NCBI GenBank assembly: GCA_001567355.1 | Contig: JYNZ01000003.1 | Location: forward strand, 466,263 to 530,262 | Direction: 5' to 3' | Length of the DNA: 64,000 nt | DNA from: a candidate division WS6 bacterium OLB20 | GTDB taxonomy: Bacteria; Patescibacteriota; Dojkabacteria; B142; OLB20 | Shown here: positions 28,383 to 38,453 of the stretch, one piece after another | How positions within the stretch are numbered: position 1 is the first letter of the stretch | How the letters are laid out: each line of letters starts with the position of its first letter | Program-made: the position numbers and the translations under genes | The notes under the pieces: model-generated | What the model was told of the DNA's origin: nothing | Database searches by the model: none | Seen by the model: only the letters and a program-made list of their open reading frames with translations

Positions 28383-28617
28383 CGAGCTCAAGCTTCTGCT
28401 GACGCGACAGTTTTTTGATTGCAGCTTCACGGACCAGTGCCGATGAGCGGTCAGCACATTCCTCTGAATAGACGAGTTTTACCGGCAAACGGGATCTGAG
28501 ATATTTTGCTCCCCTGCCGTCAGAATGGACCTCGATTCGTTTCTGGAGGTCATTTGTGCAACCCGTGTAGAGCGTACCATCAGCACAGAGGAGAATGTAT
28601 ACATTCCATAAAGTCAT
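28357..28617 (-). CDS. GIY-YIG nuclease superfamily protein (UPF0213-like)
   Basis: WNVYILLCADGTLYTGCTNDLQKRIEVH is the GIY-YIG core. Confidence 0.7.
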   Translation of the reverse strand: MTLWNVYILLCADGTLYTGCTNDLQKRIEVHSDGRGAKYLRSRLPVKLVYSEECADRSSALVREAAIKKLSRQQKLELVRQQLVQQ

Positions 28618-28632
28618 AGTGTATTTTATGCC

Positions 28633-29001
28633 TTACGGCTCTTCAGGGAAACTCCCGGTGTTAGCGGCCAGCTGCGACAGATAACCGGGATACAGCTTAT
28701 CTGCTCTGCTGAATGCTCGAACAGCCCGGACAAACATACCCGGCGATAATTTGCAGTCCAGATGCTCTGTCCTCTCAACATGAAAAGAATCCATAATCAT
28801 CTGCGCTTCAGCAGCAAATTCAGGTCGGTGTAACGATTCACCATACCGCGAGATCAGATAGAGAATAGTATCAAGAAACGCCTTATCATGATGAGGCGTG
28901 CTGTCAGTTACATCAAACATTTCTGCAAGACCGTCGACTGTAGCGGGTCCGATTCCCCTGACCTCGCTTGTCAGTGTCTGAGTGAGATACCTGGTGACCA
29001 T
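28633..29001 (-). CDS. Hypothetical HhH-motif protein
   Basis: GIGPATVDGLAEMF helix-hairpin-helix-like segment. Confidence 0.3.
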   Translation of the reverse strand: MVTRYLTQTLTSEVRGIGPATVDGLAEMFDVTDSTPHHDKAFLDTILYLISRYGESLHRPEFAAEAQMIMDSFHVERTEHLDCKLSPGMFVRAVRAFSRADKLYPGYLSQLAANTGSFPEEP

Positions 29002-29070
29002 AGACCATGACTAAATATAGACCTATTATATCAAAATCACTCTTCGGTTCTGACATAGTATACTGTCTCT

Positions 29071-30606
29071 ATGAAAACACCACCCTCCGGTCGAGCCAGA
29101 TTTGTCGTCCGTCACAGGCTGTTTTTTGCCGCAGCCGCTGTTCTTGTCCTGCTGCGCATACCGTCGCTGTTTGAGCCGCACTGGTATCTTGACGAGGGCA
29201 TGTACGCAACGATCGGAGCACATATCAGGGACGGGCATGTTCTCTACCGTGACATCTACGACCACAAGCCGCAGCTGATCTTTTATCTGTACGCACTGCT
29301 CTCCTTGACCGGCAATACGCTCGTTGCGGCAAAGGTGCTGAACATTCTTGCCGGGATAGTCACGCTTGGGGGCATTTACGCACTCAGCCGCCGCAGATTT
29401 CTTTTCGGCAGACGTGCGACTGCTGTTGCACTCGTTGCCGCGACTATTCTGCTTGGCACGCCAGTGCTTGAAGGTAACATCGCCAATGCCGAAAACTTTT
29501 TTCTGCCGCTGACTGTCTGGGGGCTGTACCTCGGACTAACACGTTCATCCCGCGGACTCCTGCTGGCAGGATTACTGTTCGGGATTGCATTTCATATCAA
29601 GCTGCACCCGTTGTTTGATCTTGGCGCTCTTGCTGTTTATCTTCTGATTACCGCAGATTCAAATAAAGAGCGTATCCGTCAGACAGGTCTGCTTGCCCTG
29701 GGGTTTGTCGCTCCGGCAGTAGCATTTATTCTGTTTGAACTGTCACGCGGGACATTTGATCTGTACATTGCAGCAGCATACCTGGATGCATATGCATACT
29801 CCGGTGAATCTGCCGAGTCCTATATTCAGCAGACCCTGACCAAAATCGTTGTCCTTCTGACCGGACTTACGGCAGCTGTTACAGTCTGGCGCAAAACGCA
29901 TAACCGTACTGTCACATTTATCCTGATACTGCTTATGTTTGAGGTGTTTGCAGCTGTTCTGTCAGGGCGGGTGTTTTACCATTACCTGCTGCAACTTGTG
30001 CCAGGTGTAAGTCTTGGCGCCGCCTGGGTCTACCGGAATCTCTTCAGAGACCGTTCACCCGCTGACAAGGTTACTGCGGCAGCAGTTGCTGCCGGACTGA
30101 TGTTTGTGTTTGCGGCATACTTTAACAGCAGTTACGCTCTGCCCTATCAGAACCCAAACCGGCGCCTGCCGGACAGCTGGTTTGCTGCCGAGTATTACAA
30201 TAACTTCGCCAGGCATCTGCCATCCGGATTTGCAGATGACAGCTATCTGCTGTTTTTCAGTGACCGTCCGCTCAAGCTGCGCAGCATCAGAAACGTTCTC
30301 CCCGAGGACACTAGTTCGGTCTACATCTATTCTGACCTTGGGTGGGCGTATGACTATGTTGATCAGCATTCACCGACACGAATCTTTGTCGCATTTCAGC
30401 TTTACTACCGCAACGATGATCGTGACAGACTGGCGACAATGGACGAACTGTATCAGGATCCTCCTCAGTACCTGATGATTGACGAGACCAGGGACACCTT
30501 TGATCAGCTTGATACATTCCTTGCAGAAAACTACCGCCAGTCAGGGAGAGAAAATGAATTTGTGCTGTATACATACACAGCGCGTGCAACTGCTCGTGCG
30601 AGGTAG
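29071..30606 (+). CDS. ArnT/PMT-like membrane glycosyltransferase (GT39/GT83)
   Basis: HWYLDEGMYATIGAH...YRDIYDHKPQLIFYL matches the DE...DHKPPL loop-1 signature; more than 10 TM helices. Confidence 0.65.
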   Translation: MKTPPSGRARFVVRHRLFFAAAAVLVLLRIPSLFEPHWYLDEGMYATIGAHIRDGHVLYRDIYDHKPQLIFYLYALLSLTGNTLVAAKVLNILAGIVTLGGIYALSRRRFLFGRRATAVALVAATILLGTPVLEGNIANAENFFLPLTVWGLYLGLTRSSRGLLLAGLLFGIAFHIKLHPLFDLGALAVYLLITADSNKERIRQTGLLALGFVAPAVAFILFELSRGTFDLYIAAAYLDAYAYSGESAESYIQQTLTKIVVLLTGLTAAVTVWRKTHNRTVTFILILLMFEVFAAVLSGRVFYHYLLQLVPGVSLGAAWVYRNLFRDRSPADKVTAAAVAAGLMFVFAAYFNSSYALPYQNPNRRLPDSWFAAEYYNNFARHLPSGFADDSYLLFFSDRPLKLRSIRNVLPEDTSSVYIYSDLGWAYDYVDQHSPTRIFVAFQLYYRNDDRDRLATMDELYQDPPQYLMIDETRDTFDQLDTFLAENYRQSGRENEFVLYTYTARATARAR

Positions 30607-30624
30607 AGTGGAAAAACAACACAC

Positions 30625-30655
30625 AAAAAAAGCGTCCGGCAGGACGCTTTTTTCT
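30625..30655. terminator. Bidirectional intrinsic terminator
   Basis: aaaaaagcgtccggcaggacgcttttttc is a perfect hairpin flanked by A and T runs, between convergent genes. Confidence 0.7.
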
Positions 30656-30670
30656 TAAAGAGCCTGCGTG

Positions 30671-30868
30671 TTATTTCTTGCGGCTGCTCTTTTTTGCAGG
30701 TTTCTTGGCAGCCTTCTTGACTGTCTTTTTGACAGTCTTCTTCACGCTTTTCTTAGCAGCCGGCTTTTTCTTGGCTGTCTTTTTTACAGCTTTTTTGACA
30801 GTCTTCTTGACTGTCTTCTTAGCCTTGGCAGTGCTTTTTTTTGCGCTCGATTTTGCCTTAGTTGGCAT
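30671..30868 (-). CDS. Lys/Ala-rich histone H1-like (Hc1-like) DNA-binding protein
   Basis: MPTKAKSSAKKSTAKAKKTVKKTVKKAVKKTAKKKPAAKK..., with tandem codon repeats in the DNA. Confidence 0.6.
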   Translation of the reverse strand: MPTKAKSSAKKSTAKAKKTVKKTVKKAVKKTAKKKPAAKKSVKKTVKKTVKKAAKKPAKKSSRKK

Positions 30869-31039
30869 GGGCGGTAGCACATAAATTAATACTTTCAGTA
30901 TAGTCATGCCCACAGAAGAACACAACATATTAAGAATGCCGGAATCAACTGCAGTTCAGATCGATTCGCGCTCCACAAATATTTTTTGTTTTACCTGAGC
31001 GCTGTATGATGTTGTATACTGCCACAAACCGGACTACAT

Positions 31040-31465
31040 ATGAGCCAGAAAAACATTCCAGACATCATCAAAACAGGAGCAATCATTTTGCGGGACAAGC
31101 GTTTACTGATTGCAAAACCAGCAGACAAACCGTACTGGATTCATGTCGGAGGCAAAGTAGAACCGGGCGAAACACATGAGCAGTCACTGGAACGCGAGAT
31201 CAAAGAAGAACTTGGTGTGGCTACAACAGGTGTGTATACGCATGTCTTTACCAGTCCGGCGGAGCAGGCTGCAGGAAAACCTGACGGTATCACTGTGCAG
31301 ATTCATGCGTTTCTGGTGGAGCTTACCGGCGAACCACGACCCTCTTCTGAGATTGAACAGCTGCACTGGCTCAGCCGGCAGGAATATGAAGCGAACACAT
31401 TTGCGCTCGCAAGCATACTGGCAAAGTATACGATCCCCCATCTGATCGGATCCGGACTGATGTGA
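31040..31465 (+). CDS. Nudix hydrolase (MutT-like)
   Basis: Nudix box GGKVEPGETHEQSLEREIKEELG. Confidence 0.75.
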   Translation: MSQKNIPDIIKTGAIILRDKRLLIAKPADKPYWIHVGGKVEPGETHEQSLEREIKEELGVATTGVYTHVFTSPAEQAAGKPDGITVQIHAFLVELTGEPRPSSEIEQLHWLSRQEYEANTFALASILAKYTIPHLIGSGLM

Positions 31466-33297
31466 TCAGAGTGTATACGAACGTACACGCAGCGCATTCA
31501 GTATTACAATCACGTCAATCACTTCCTGTGCAAATGCTCCGAATACAGGGACAAACAGGCCTAACGCACCCGCAATCATCAGCACGAGACTCAAACCGAT
31601 ACCGATCAGAATACTCTGTGTCGCGATGTAGAGCACCCGCTGCGACAGGGCGACACTGTATGCCACCCTGCTGATATCAGGCACTGTGATCACAACAGAC
31701 CCGGCTTCTGTGCTGGCGGATGTACCCAGTATCCCCATGGCAATACCTACATCGGCAGCAGCAAGTGATGGCGCGTCGTTAATTCCGTCGCCGACCATCA
31801 CAACGGGCTGCTTCAGTTCATCTTTCAGAGAATGTACAACCGCCAGTTTATCCTCGGGAAGACAGTCGGCTTTATACTCCGTCAGACCAAATGCCTCAGC
31901 ATGCCGTGCTGCTACATCCTTTGTGTCTCCGGTCAGCATAAGCTGACGCGATACACCCAGCTCTCTAAGCCTGTCGAGTGTTGAACGTACTTCACTACGG
32001 GCGCTGTCCTCAAATACAAAGGCTGCAAGCAGTCTGTCATCCATACCGAGTAATGCCACACTTGCCCCGGGGCGTTTTAAGTCTGCTGTACTGATCCTGT
32101 GCACGATCGCTACTAAACAGAGACGGTTTTCCAAGAACATACATGCTTCCGTCGAGACTGAAGCGTACACCCTGTCCAAACTCCTCCGAAAAAGTCTTCC
32201 GGGTACGAAAGCTCCGCTCCATGTTTCTGCGCGTACCTGACAAGGGACCGGGCCACTACATGCTGAGAGAGCTGCTCGGCTGATGCAGCAATGCGCAGCA
32301 CCTCAGCTTTGTCTTTACTGTCAAGCAGGACAACCTCGGTTACGGCCGGTACGCCCATGGTCAGTGTCCCTGTTTTATCAAAGATGACAGCAGTCGCACG
32401 CGCGAGATGTTCCATCGCCTCACCGGATTTAAACACAACTCCTTTGCCTGCCGCCTTGCTGATACCGGATGCAAACGCAATCGGTGTAGCAAGTATCAGC
32501 GGACACGGTGTTGCAACGACCAGCACGCTCAGGGCACGGACGGGGTCGCCTGACAACACCCAGGCAGCCGCGGCCAGGGTAAACGCTACTGCAGTAAATC
32601 CAACACTGTAACGGTCTGCCAGACGGACAAATGGTGCTCTGTTTTCTTCAGCCTCTTTAACAAGTTCGACAATCAGCTGATACTTGCTTTCTGATGCGGT
32701 CCTGTCGGCACGGATTACAAGCGGACTGCCCGAGACTACCGATCCGCTCATCACCTGCATGCCTGCACGCTTCTGCACAGGCAGCGACTCACCCGTGATT
32801 GAAGACTGATCAACCTCACTCTGCCCCTCTGTAACTGTACCATCAACCGGGACGACCTCACCGGGTCTGATCACCAGTTCATCGCCTGCTTTGACCCTGT
32901 CCACTGGCACATCAGTGATGGTTTCACCGGAACGGATGTGCGCACGTGTCGGAACGAGAGACAAAAGCCTGTTCAGTTCGTTGCGGGACCGCTTTAAGGC
33001 AAATTCCTCCAGCAGTTCACCGCCGGAGAGCATCAGCACAATAATGGCACCGGCAAGGACTTCGCCGAGCAGCAGACTGCCAAGAATTCCTGCAAGAGCG
33101 ATATAGTCAACTCCAAACCTTTTCTGCAGCAGCATTTTTGCAGTATCAATCACCAGCGGGACAAGACCAAGGGTTACCGCAGCCTGCAGAATAATCAGCG
33201 CTGCATTTGCGTTACCGGTCAGATGCAGGAGCAGATGGATGATAATTGCAGCCAGTGTAGCTGCAGGCAGGAATGCTTTGAAAATGATTTTGTTCAT
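31466..33297 (-). pseudogene. P1B-type heavy-metal-translocating P-type ATPase without an N-terminal metal-binding domain, disrupted by at least two frameshifts
   Basis: TGES, CPC (VVATPCPLILATP) and DKTGTLT motifs in ORF 32113..33297. The middle segment SEEFGQGVRFSLDGSMYVLG is in ORF 32037..32243. The hinge MLTGD...VGDGINDAP and last TMs are in ORF 31466..32179. The three pieces are in three different frames. Confidence 0.65.
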
Positions 33298-33369
33298 ACT
33301 GATATGATACGCCTGCCTGCAGATCTGTACAAACCAAGTATGCCCTCACCTCGTGTATAATCACCATCG

Positions 33370-34743
33370 ATGGAAACCCGTCCGTATAACCCTGATGAAA
33401 ACGAACTGCAGCTCAGAGCACAGCTACTGGAAGCACTATCGCTGCCTCGGACCCTCCCTGTCCGCAGCGATGACCGAAACATGATCACACCGGGCATCCG
33501 CTCTCTGGTAACAGAGCTTGGTCTGCATCACGAGATCTGGGATAACATCTCGGATCTGTTGCGCAGAAAGTCCGTCCATGTTCAGGATTACTCCGTCGAA
33601 TACCGCGACAGGATCCGGCTCACTGCAGCTGCAGCGTTCTGCACAACGCGAAGTGTGGCCGAGACAATGGAGGTTGAACTGACAACTGCACACAAGATCA
33701 TGCAGGAGGTAGCTGCTGCAGCTGTGTTTGTAATGCCCGAATCCCCCCTCCGTTATGAACATCTTGGCTCAGAAGGACGGCACTCGCACGAGACATTCCG
33801 CTATGTGAAGGACCGCCAGGATGAGGCGCTCGCTATCCTGTGCGACCCGTCATTCGGAAGGGAACTCAGGCAGGTGCCTCCGTTCGGTCAACTGACACAG
33901 GCAGTGGCTGAAGAAGGCACGATACTGTTTATGCTGAACGATCTCGGAATCCGATACGGTAATATCGACAATCTGTCGAGAACGTTCAGTAAATTTCTGT
34001 CCGAGGGGTCTGTCGAAGGTGGCAACCTTATGTTGCTGCGGCGTGTGCTTTATGCAAAGTGGCTGAAGAACCCTCCGCTGCATAACTTCGCCGGCATAGA
34101 CGTCAGGAGGCTGACCGAAAACATGGCCGGCTGGGTGTTTAGCGTCGCACCCGAGAAAGACCGGCAGACCGGGACAGCAAAACGCAACATCCGCAATTTT
34201 CTACGCTATGCAGCCGCCTGCAGTCTGCAACGCAATATCAATAACCACGATATGCATGCGCTTGATCTGTCATCAGTTTTTCCGGTGATAAGCGTAGATG
34301 GAGACGCACCGTTTGGATACACCGACCTGTATTTTGACAGGGAGCAACTGACGGACGACTCATCCAGACAGCTGAGCAGTTTCAGACTTTCAAATGGTCG
34401 CTACGGCATCAGACTTGATACGCAACAGTTTTACCACGGTGCTGCGTACTATTATGCAAATATTCCGATAGAAGATTTCATGTATGAGTATCTGCATGAT
34501 TACAACCGCAGACGGATAGTCGGTGATATTGCTTCGACGCTGGTGATGTCGGAAGATTCAACCCGTAAAACATATGACGCCGGTCTGCAGTTCTGTGACT
34601 GGCTGGTAATGACCGACCGCGATGTGTTTCAGCCTGCAAGTCTGCTGCGTGATTTCAGACACTATTCGATCCCTGCCTCATACGAACGCATTAAGCGGCT
34701 GCTGCAGGATCGCGCTGCAGCAAACGGTCATCGGGAGCCATAG
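33370..34743 (+). CDS. Hypothetical protein (457 aa)
   Basis: ORF only. Confidence 0.4.
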   Translation: METRPYNPDENELQLRAQLLEALSLPRTLPVRSDDRNMITPGIRSLVTELGLHHEIWDNISDLLRRKSVHVQDYSVEYRDRIRLTAAAAFCTTRSVAETMEVELTTAHKIMQEVAAAAVFVMPESPLRYEHLGSEGRHSHETFRYVKDRQDEALAILCDPSFGRELRQVPPFGQLTQAVAEEGTILFMLNDLGIRYGNIDNLSRTFSKFLSEGSVEGGNLMLLRRVLYAKWLKNPPLHNFAGIDVRRLTENMAGWVFSVAPEKDRQTGTAKRNIRNFLRYAAACSLQRNINNHDMHALDLSSVFPVISVDGDAPFGYTDLYFDREQLTDDSSRQLSSFRLSNGRYGIRLDTQQFYHGAAYYYANIPIEDFMYEYLHDYNRRRIVGDIASTLVMSEDSTRKTYDAGLQFCDWLVMTDRDVFQPASLLRDFRHYSIPASYERIKRLLQDRAAANGHREP

Positions 34744-34750
34744 ACAGACG

Positions 34751-35488
34751 TCAGTTTCTGCTAAGCGAGAGAGTACGCAGCAGCTCGCGACCCATATCGC
34801 GGTCACGCTTTGTGGGCTGACTTACCGGATACCCCTCTCCCTCGATATTGCCCCATTCTGTCTTTTCGTTGATTGTTACATAGACATCGTCTGCCAGTTC
34901 AATAAACAGCAAATCCCACTGTGTCTTAAAGTCAGGTCCTCCCTCAGCTGACCGGTATTGTGTGGCAGTATAATCACGATCGCCGACACGCACTGTCTCT
35001 GTATCCTGCTGGGTGTACTGGCCAAGAATGCCTGTCCGGGCAGAATCAACATCACCGGCATGGAGCTGGACATTATATGCATCAGTGTAAAACGGATCTC
35101 CCTGGTTTTCACCGCGGATCGTGATGGTATTTGGCTGCGCGTCAAAGGACTGCAGTTTATTCATTTTGAAATTGAAGGAAATTCCTGCGCTTGTGCCGAA
35201 ACTTGCATCAACCGGCTCGGGTCTGTCCGGATCCATCGGCCGGTCAGAAACCGGTGACGGCGAAGCATCTTCACTGTCACCCTGGTCAGTGCCTGTATCG
35301 CTGTTGTCAGCACCGCGTGGTTTGTCGGGTGGTGTTGCTGTATCGCCCGGAGTACTTACAGGCTGTGTATCTACAGATGACCTGCCGCCTACATACCCTG
35401 CAGAGACTCCGCAGGCAAATCCGATCAGAAGTACAAGCACAAGTATTGCAGTCTTTGTATGCTTTGCAGCTGTATGTTCTGTTTCCAT
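34751..35488 (-). CDS. Membrane-anchored secreted hypothetical protein
   Basis: N-terminal TM, acidic Pro-rich linker, then a globular domain. Confidence 0.4.
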   Translation of the reverse strand: METEHTAAKHTKTAILVLVLLIGFACGVSAGYVGGRSSVDTQPVSTPGDTATPPDKPRGADNSDTGTDQGDSEDASPSPVSDRPMDPDRPEPVDASFGTSAGISFNFKMNKLQSFDAQPNTITIRGENQGDPFYTDAYNVQLHAGDVDSARTGILGQYTQQDTETVRVGDRDYTATQYRSAEGGPDFKTQWDLLFIELADDVYVTINEKTEWGNIEGEGYPVSQPTKRDRDMGRELLRTLSLSRN

Positions 35489-35826
35489 TATGTTTCCTTT
35501 CTGAACTCCATAAAATAATACAGTCCTGCACCGATGATGCCGGTAAAGACAATGATCAGAATCCAGAGCAGTTTACCGTTGCTGTCAGAAAACGTTGCCT
35601 CGTCGCGCTGGATAACAACGATCAGCATCCAGACCCAGAAAGTAAACATTACGAGAGCTGCAAACAGCGGGACTATGTATACACAACAGATCAGCACAAA
35701 GCTGAGACCGATAAGCCCGGTTCCGGCGACCGACTGGACGTGACTTAACTCGACGGAACTTTGAAACAGCGGCGTGAATGCTTCTAACAGTGAGAATAAC
35801 TGCATATTTGTGCTGAAACAATACAT
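35488..35826 (-). CDS. PLDc_N-like (cardiolipin synthase N-terminal-like) small membrane protein
   Basis: Three TM helices; NGKLLWILIIVFTGIIGAGLYYF pattern. Confidence 0.45.
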   Translation of the reverse strand: MYCFSTNMQLFSLLEAFTPLFQSSVELSHVQSVAGTGLIGLSFVLICCVYIVPLFAALVMFTFWVWMLIVVIQRDEATFSDSNGKLLWILIIVFTGIIGAGLYYFMEFRKET

Positions 35827-36144
35827 TTATTTTTGCAGACACGGGCAGGGATGGCAAATTTTACTCGGCGCTGCTGCAGCAGGTATGGTAACTTAAGGTA
35901 CCTGATGCTACCGGGCGCTATATCGCAGCGGAAACATACACCAAAGAGGATCTGCTGGACTTCTCATCTCAGAGGGACACAGGAATATCTACAAAACCTC
36001 TTCGCGGCTATATTGCTGTCTACGACTACAATATAGGCAATTTTGCTGATAATGATCTGCGCGGCCGAGATATCAGCTGGGACTGAAAAGTACTATATTC
36101 AGTGAAGTCTGATTTAACGAACCTGTTTCTGGTACAATTTGACT

Positions 36145-36315
36145 ATGGATTTACTGAAAAGATTGCTGCACAACAAGAAACCGCAAAGAACGAAGACAAA
36201 TACTCCTGCCAGAGGAGATGTTCCGGTATACCCCTCAAATGACGAGATGAAACACGTTATCTCAGAGTCAATCAGACAGATAGGCCCGGTATTAAAAAAG
36301 CTCTCCAATGGCTGA
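36145..36315 (+). CDS. 56-aa ORF overlapping the doc start by 8 nt; candidate cognate antitoxin (not Phd/YefM-like)
   Basis: ATG at 36145, stop TGA at 36313-36315 inside the doc codons (ATGGCTGA overlap). Below the ORF-track size cutoff. Basic N-terminus MDLLKRLLHNKKPQRTKT. Confidence 0.35.
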   Translation: MDLLKRLLHNKKPQRTKTNTPARGDVPVYPSNDEMKHVISESIRQIGPVLKKLSNG

Positions 36316-36826
36316 CCCTGTCCGCTATATCCCACCTGAAAGCCTGCCCCAGATTTTCACGGCAATAGAAGAGTACCTGCATCAGGAGAATGATCCTGTC
36401 GCCCATTACGCAAATGAACGCGATGGTTGCAGGCAGCTGGAGTCGGTATTAGAAAGAATTCAGGAAGATTATTATCCAGATTTCAATAGTAAAGCCACAT
36501 ATCTTTTTCTGTCCGTTAATCGCGGGCATTTCTTTTCCAATGGCAACAAGCGTCTTGCGGCAACACTTCTAAAGGTGTTTTATACATTGAACGATTATCA
36601 CGTTGATCCTGACTCCCTCCCTGAATTGATAATCAGAACAGATCACCACACGATTGATCTTACTAAAGGCGACTGGGATGCTACTTTCTTTAACGGCGAC
36701 GCTCAGATGATCTTCTTGTATGCAATCGCGGTTACTGTTGCAGACGAGCAGTTTCAAAACATCCAGTTTGATGACTGGAAGCTACTGGTGGAGAGGCTTT
36801 TGCAAGTGGTGCTCAAAAAGACATAG
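36308..36826 (+). CDS. doc: Doc (death-on-curing) family Fic-fold toxin
   Basis: HFFSNGNKRLA matches the Doc motif H-x-F-x-(D/N)-(A/G)-N-K-R. Confidence 0.7.
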   Translation: MADPVRYIPPESLPQIFTAIEEYLHQENDPVAHYANERDGCRQLESVLERIQEDYYPDFNSKATYLFLSVNRGHFFSNGNKRLAATLLKVFYTLNDYHVDPDSLPELIIRTDHHTIDLTKGDWDATFFNGDAQMIFLYAIAVTVADEQFQNIQFDDWKLLVERLLQVVLKKT

Positions 36827-37291
36827 CTACAACCTGTAGATGTATGCAACCGACGGTTCCGTTTCTGACGGACTGAGACCGGCATACAGTGCATTTGCAG
36901 CATCGTTGTCTGTTTCTGTGGCAACCCAGAGTTCTGAGCAAACATGTTCTCTCGCGATTTCCATTATATGTTGCATCATCGACCGGGCAACACCCTGTCT
37001 GCGGAAGGCTGCCTTCGTCTCTACCTCATCAACATACATTTCCTGCCCCCGTTCGTCAGTCTTTTTATGCAAGTAAGCTGTCAGCATGCCGGCGACCTCG
37101 CCATTGACATAGGCAAGCAGCAGAAAACAGTCGGGATCCTCGATGTACCTCTTCAGGTTTGCAGGGTCTTCTGTATGACCTTCGTCCTCCCAGCCATCTG
37201 CTGACAGATGCTTCATAACCTCATCGAGGGAATGTGTGTCAGGACGGATAAGCTGAATGCTGATTAGCGGTTTGCTTTGTAGATTGTCCAT
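36827..37291 (-). CDS. GNAT family N-acetyltransferase
   Basis: Acetyl-CoA binding motif RRQGVARSMMQHIMEIA (Q/RxxGxG/A). Confidence 0.7.
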   Translation of the reverse strand: MDNLQSKPLISIQLIRPDTHSLDEVMKHLSADGWEDEGHTEDPANLKRYIEDPDCFLLLAYVNGEVAGMLTAYLHKKTDERGQEMYVDEVETKAAFRRQGVARSMMQHIMEIAREHVCSELWVATETDNDAANALYAGLSPSETEPSVAYIYRL

Positions 37292-37797
37292 ATTGCCAGT
37301 GTATCTGAAGCAGTGATTTCCTCTTCTTTAATCATAGTATCGATCTCGTTCTCACTGAACCAGTGTGCTGTCATTCCTGATTCAGACTGCTCATGGCTGG
37401 TCTGAACTGGTTTGAGCTCTGTAGCTAAAAAGACATGAGAAATCTCTGCGATTCTGCGACGGTAAATGTGATGACCGCCAAGACGCCTGAGTGTGGCTGC
37501 CTCATAACCACCCTCTTCGATCAATTCCCTGCGTGCGGCTTGCTCTGGTGTCTCTCCAGCATCAATAAATCCACCGGGGAATTGCCACATCTCGACACCT
37601 ACAGGGTGATTATATTCCTTAACAAGCAGGATCTTTCCATCACTGTTTACCGCAACGGCATCTGCGCCGTCTGCTTTATTGAAAAACTTGAGATAGTGTG
37701 TGCGTTCGCCTGAAGGAAGCTCTACTTCATCCTCAAGCAGAGTGATCCTGGGGTGTTTGAACAGTTCTTTTGTGCTCAGTATCTTCCACATAATCAA
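37264..37797 (-). CDS. Nudix hydrolase (ADP-ribose pyrophosphatase-like)
   Basis: Nudix box FPGGFIDAGETPEQAARRELIEEGG. Confidence 0.75.
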   Translation of the reverse strand: MIMWKILSTKELFKHPRITLLEDEVELPSGERTHYLKFFNKADGADAVAVNSDGKILLVKEYNHPVGVEMWQFPGGFIDAGETPEQAARRELIEEGGYEAATLRRLGGHHIYRRRIAEISHVFLATELKPVQTSHEQSESGMTAHWFSENEIDTMIKEEEITASDTLAIWTIYKANR

Positions 37798-37830
37798 ATA
37801 CTTACAAGCTGAAATAGTATCACAACAATG

Positions 37831-38106
37831 TCATGGTTTTGCGCAGATTCCATCTGCACAGGTAAACCCCTCTTTGCAGTCACCTATATCCGGTCTGCAT
37901 GTTCCGCCCACTTCCACAGTATGGAACGCGGGGTTCTGCTCGCGCAGCTCCGAGCGCTGATTTTGTCCCTGGGCACTAAGAAATGCTAAAAGAATGACGG
38001 CACAGGCGACAAGCACAACTATCAAGGCAAGAGCGGGTAGCAGGAATTTTTGCATGGCATGTGAAAACTGATACCTGACTGTAGCAGATAGCAGCGACGA
38101 CCGCAC
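37831..38106 (-). CDS. Small secreted Cys-containing protein
   Basis: Signal/TM segment then a C-x6-C-x5-C tail. Confidence 0.3.
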   Translation of the reverse strand: MRSSLLSATVRYQFSHAMQKFLLPALALIVVLVACAVILLAFLSAQGQNQRSELREQNPAFHTVEVGGTCRPDIGDCKEGFTCADGICAKP

Positions 38107-38172
38107 CAGTCAATACTGGACAGGTATCACGGTCGGGTTTACTATGCAGATATAAGCTGTTGCTGAATTACC

Positions 38173-38445
38173 ATGGAGGAGAAGTTTGAAAACCAATGCC
38201 AGTCTTGCGGTATGCCGCTTCGTGGCGGCGCGGTTTCTGGTACTGAAGCAGACGGCAGCAAGAGCAGGATGTACTGCGAGATGTGTTACAAGGACGGTGC
38301 ATTCATTGATCCCGATATGACACTTGATGAGATGCGCCGTATGCTTGATGAGACTGTAGGCAGGGAAGGTCTTAAGGGTAAGTTTCTGGCATTTATGGGC
38401 AAGATGCAGCTGCCAGGTCTGAAACGCTGGAAAAGCTCAAAGTAA
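38173..38445 (+). CDS. Zinc-ribbon small protein
   Basis: CQSCGMPL...CEMC pairs of Cys. Confidence 0.4.
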   Translation: MEEKFENQCQSCGMPLRGGAVSGTEADGSKSRMYCEMCYKDGAFIDPDMTLDEMRRMLDETVGREGLKGKFLAFMGKMQLPGLKRWKSSK

Positions 38446-38453
38446 CGCGGGGA

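Noticed and set aside
30660-30930. Tandem direct repeats (ttcttgactgtcttt... units) that could be mistaken for a CRISPR-like or VNTR array
   Set aside because: They are the coding repeats of the Lys-rich histone-like gene (AKK/VKK codons). Repeats are about 9-18 nt, imperfect and in-frame, with no spacers.
36114-36335. 73-aa minus-strand ORF upstream of doc
   Set aside because: Overlaps both the doc start and the better-supported 56-aa plus-strand ORF that is translationally coupled to doc.
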